Origin: an uncultured Spirochaetota bacterium | GTDB taxonomy: Bacteria; Spirochaetota; Brevinematia; Brevinematales; JAOACQ01 | Direction of reading: 5' to 3' | Length of the DNA: 64,000 bases | Assembly: GCA_963783575.1 (NCBI GenBank) | Contig: CAWAOD010000011.1 | Coordinates: 352,001 to 416,000 of the forward strand | Shown here: positions 63,978-64,000 of the stretch, one piece after another | How the letters are laid out: each line of letters starts with the position of its first letter | Position numbering within the stretch: position 1 is the stretch's first letter | The notes under the pieces: model-generated | The model's database searches: none | Told to the model about the DNA's origin: nothing | Seen by the model: the letters and a program-made list of their open reading frames with translations, nothing else | Position numbers and translations under genes: made by a program

Positions 63978-64000
63978 TTTTCCGCCTTTAGATTCTCCAC

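Overview
AT-rich bacterial chromosomal segment, very probably from a spirochaete (two tandem FlaA flagellar-sheath genes, a DUF1577/PilZ-type protein, an SthK-like cyclic-nucleotide-gated channel); lower-rank taxonomy cannot be fixed from the sequence. Left to right: the end of an IS5-family element; a ~14 kb surface-glycan cluster (GT2s, two polytopic GT-C-like proteins, DPM-like GT2 + DUF2304 + SMR-type flippase, methyl- and acetyltransferase) and galU; a glgB-cyclase-cyclase-PEGA lipoprotein run; a small defence island (single-chain N6-methylase/endonuclease + DUF2971) flanked by GC-rich hairpins; housekeeping genes (cobB, tyrS, xth, prfB, udg, rdgB, panD, flaA x2, nrdJ); and an accessory region with a hybrid kinase, a YkgJ-methyltransferase/metallophosphoesterase/PPTase/MBL operon, five paralogous exported proteins, a lipase, two SDRs and a membrane LuxR. 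The best candidate for a new system is the pair of CHASE2 adenylate cyclases with reciprocally destroyed catalytic residues, which predicts an obligate heterodimer with a C1/C2-like split of labour. Other notable signals: a CTT-TAA-T variant of the prfB frameshift, strong Thr-Asn enrichment in exported proteins, and a PPTase/PptH-like/PksB-like module with no carrier protein in the window. Many genes (mainly 41-49 kb and 57-60 kb) carry frameshifts that look like uncorrected sequencing indels. No rRNA, tRNA or CRISPR array was seen. All calls come from motif reading by eye; no database search was run.
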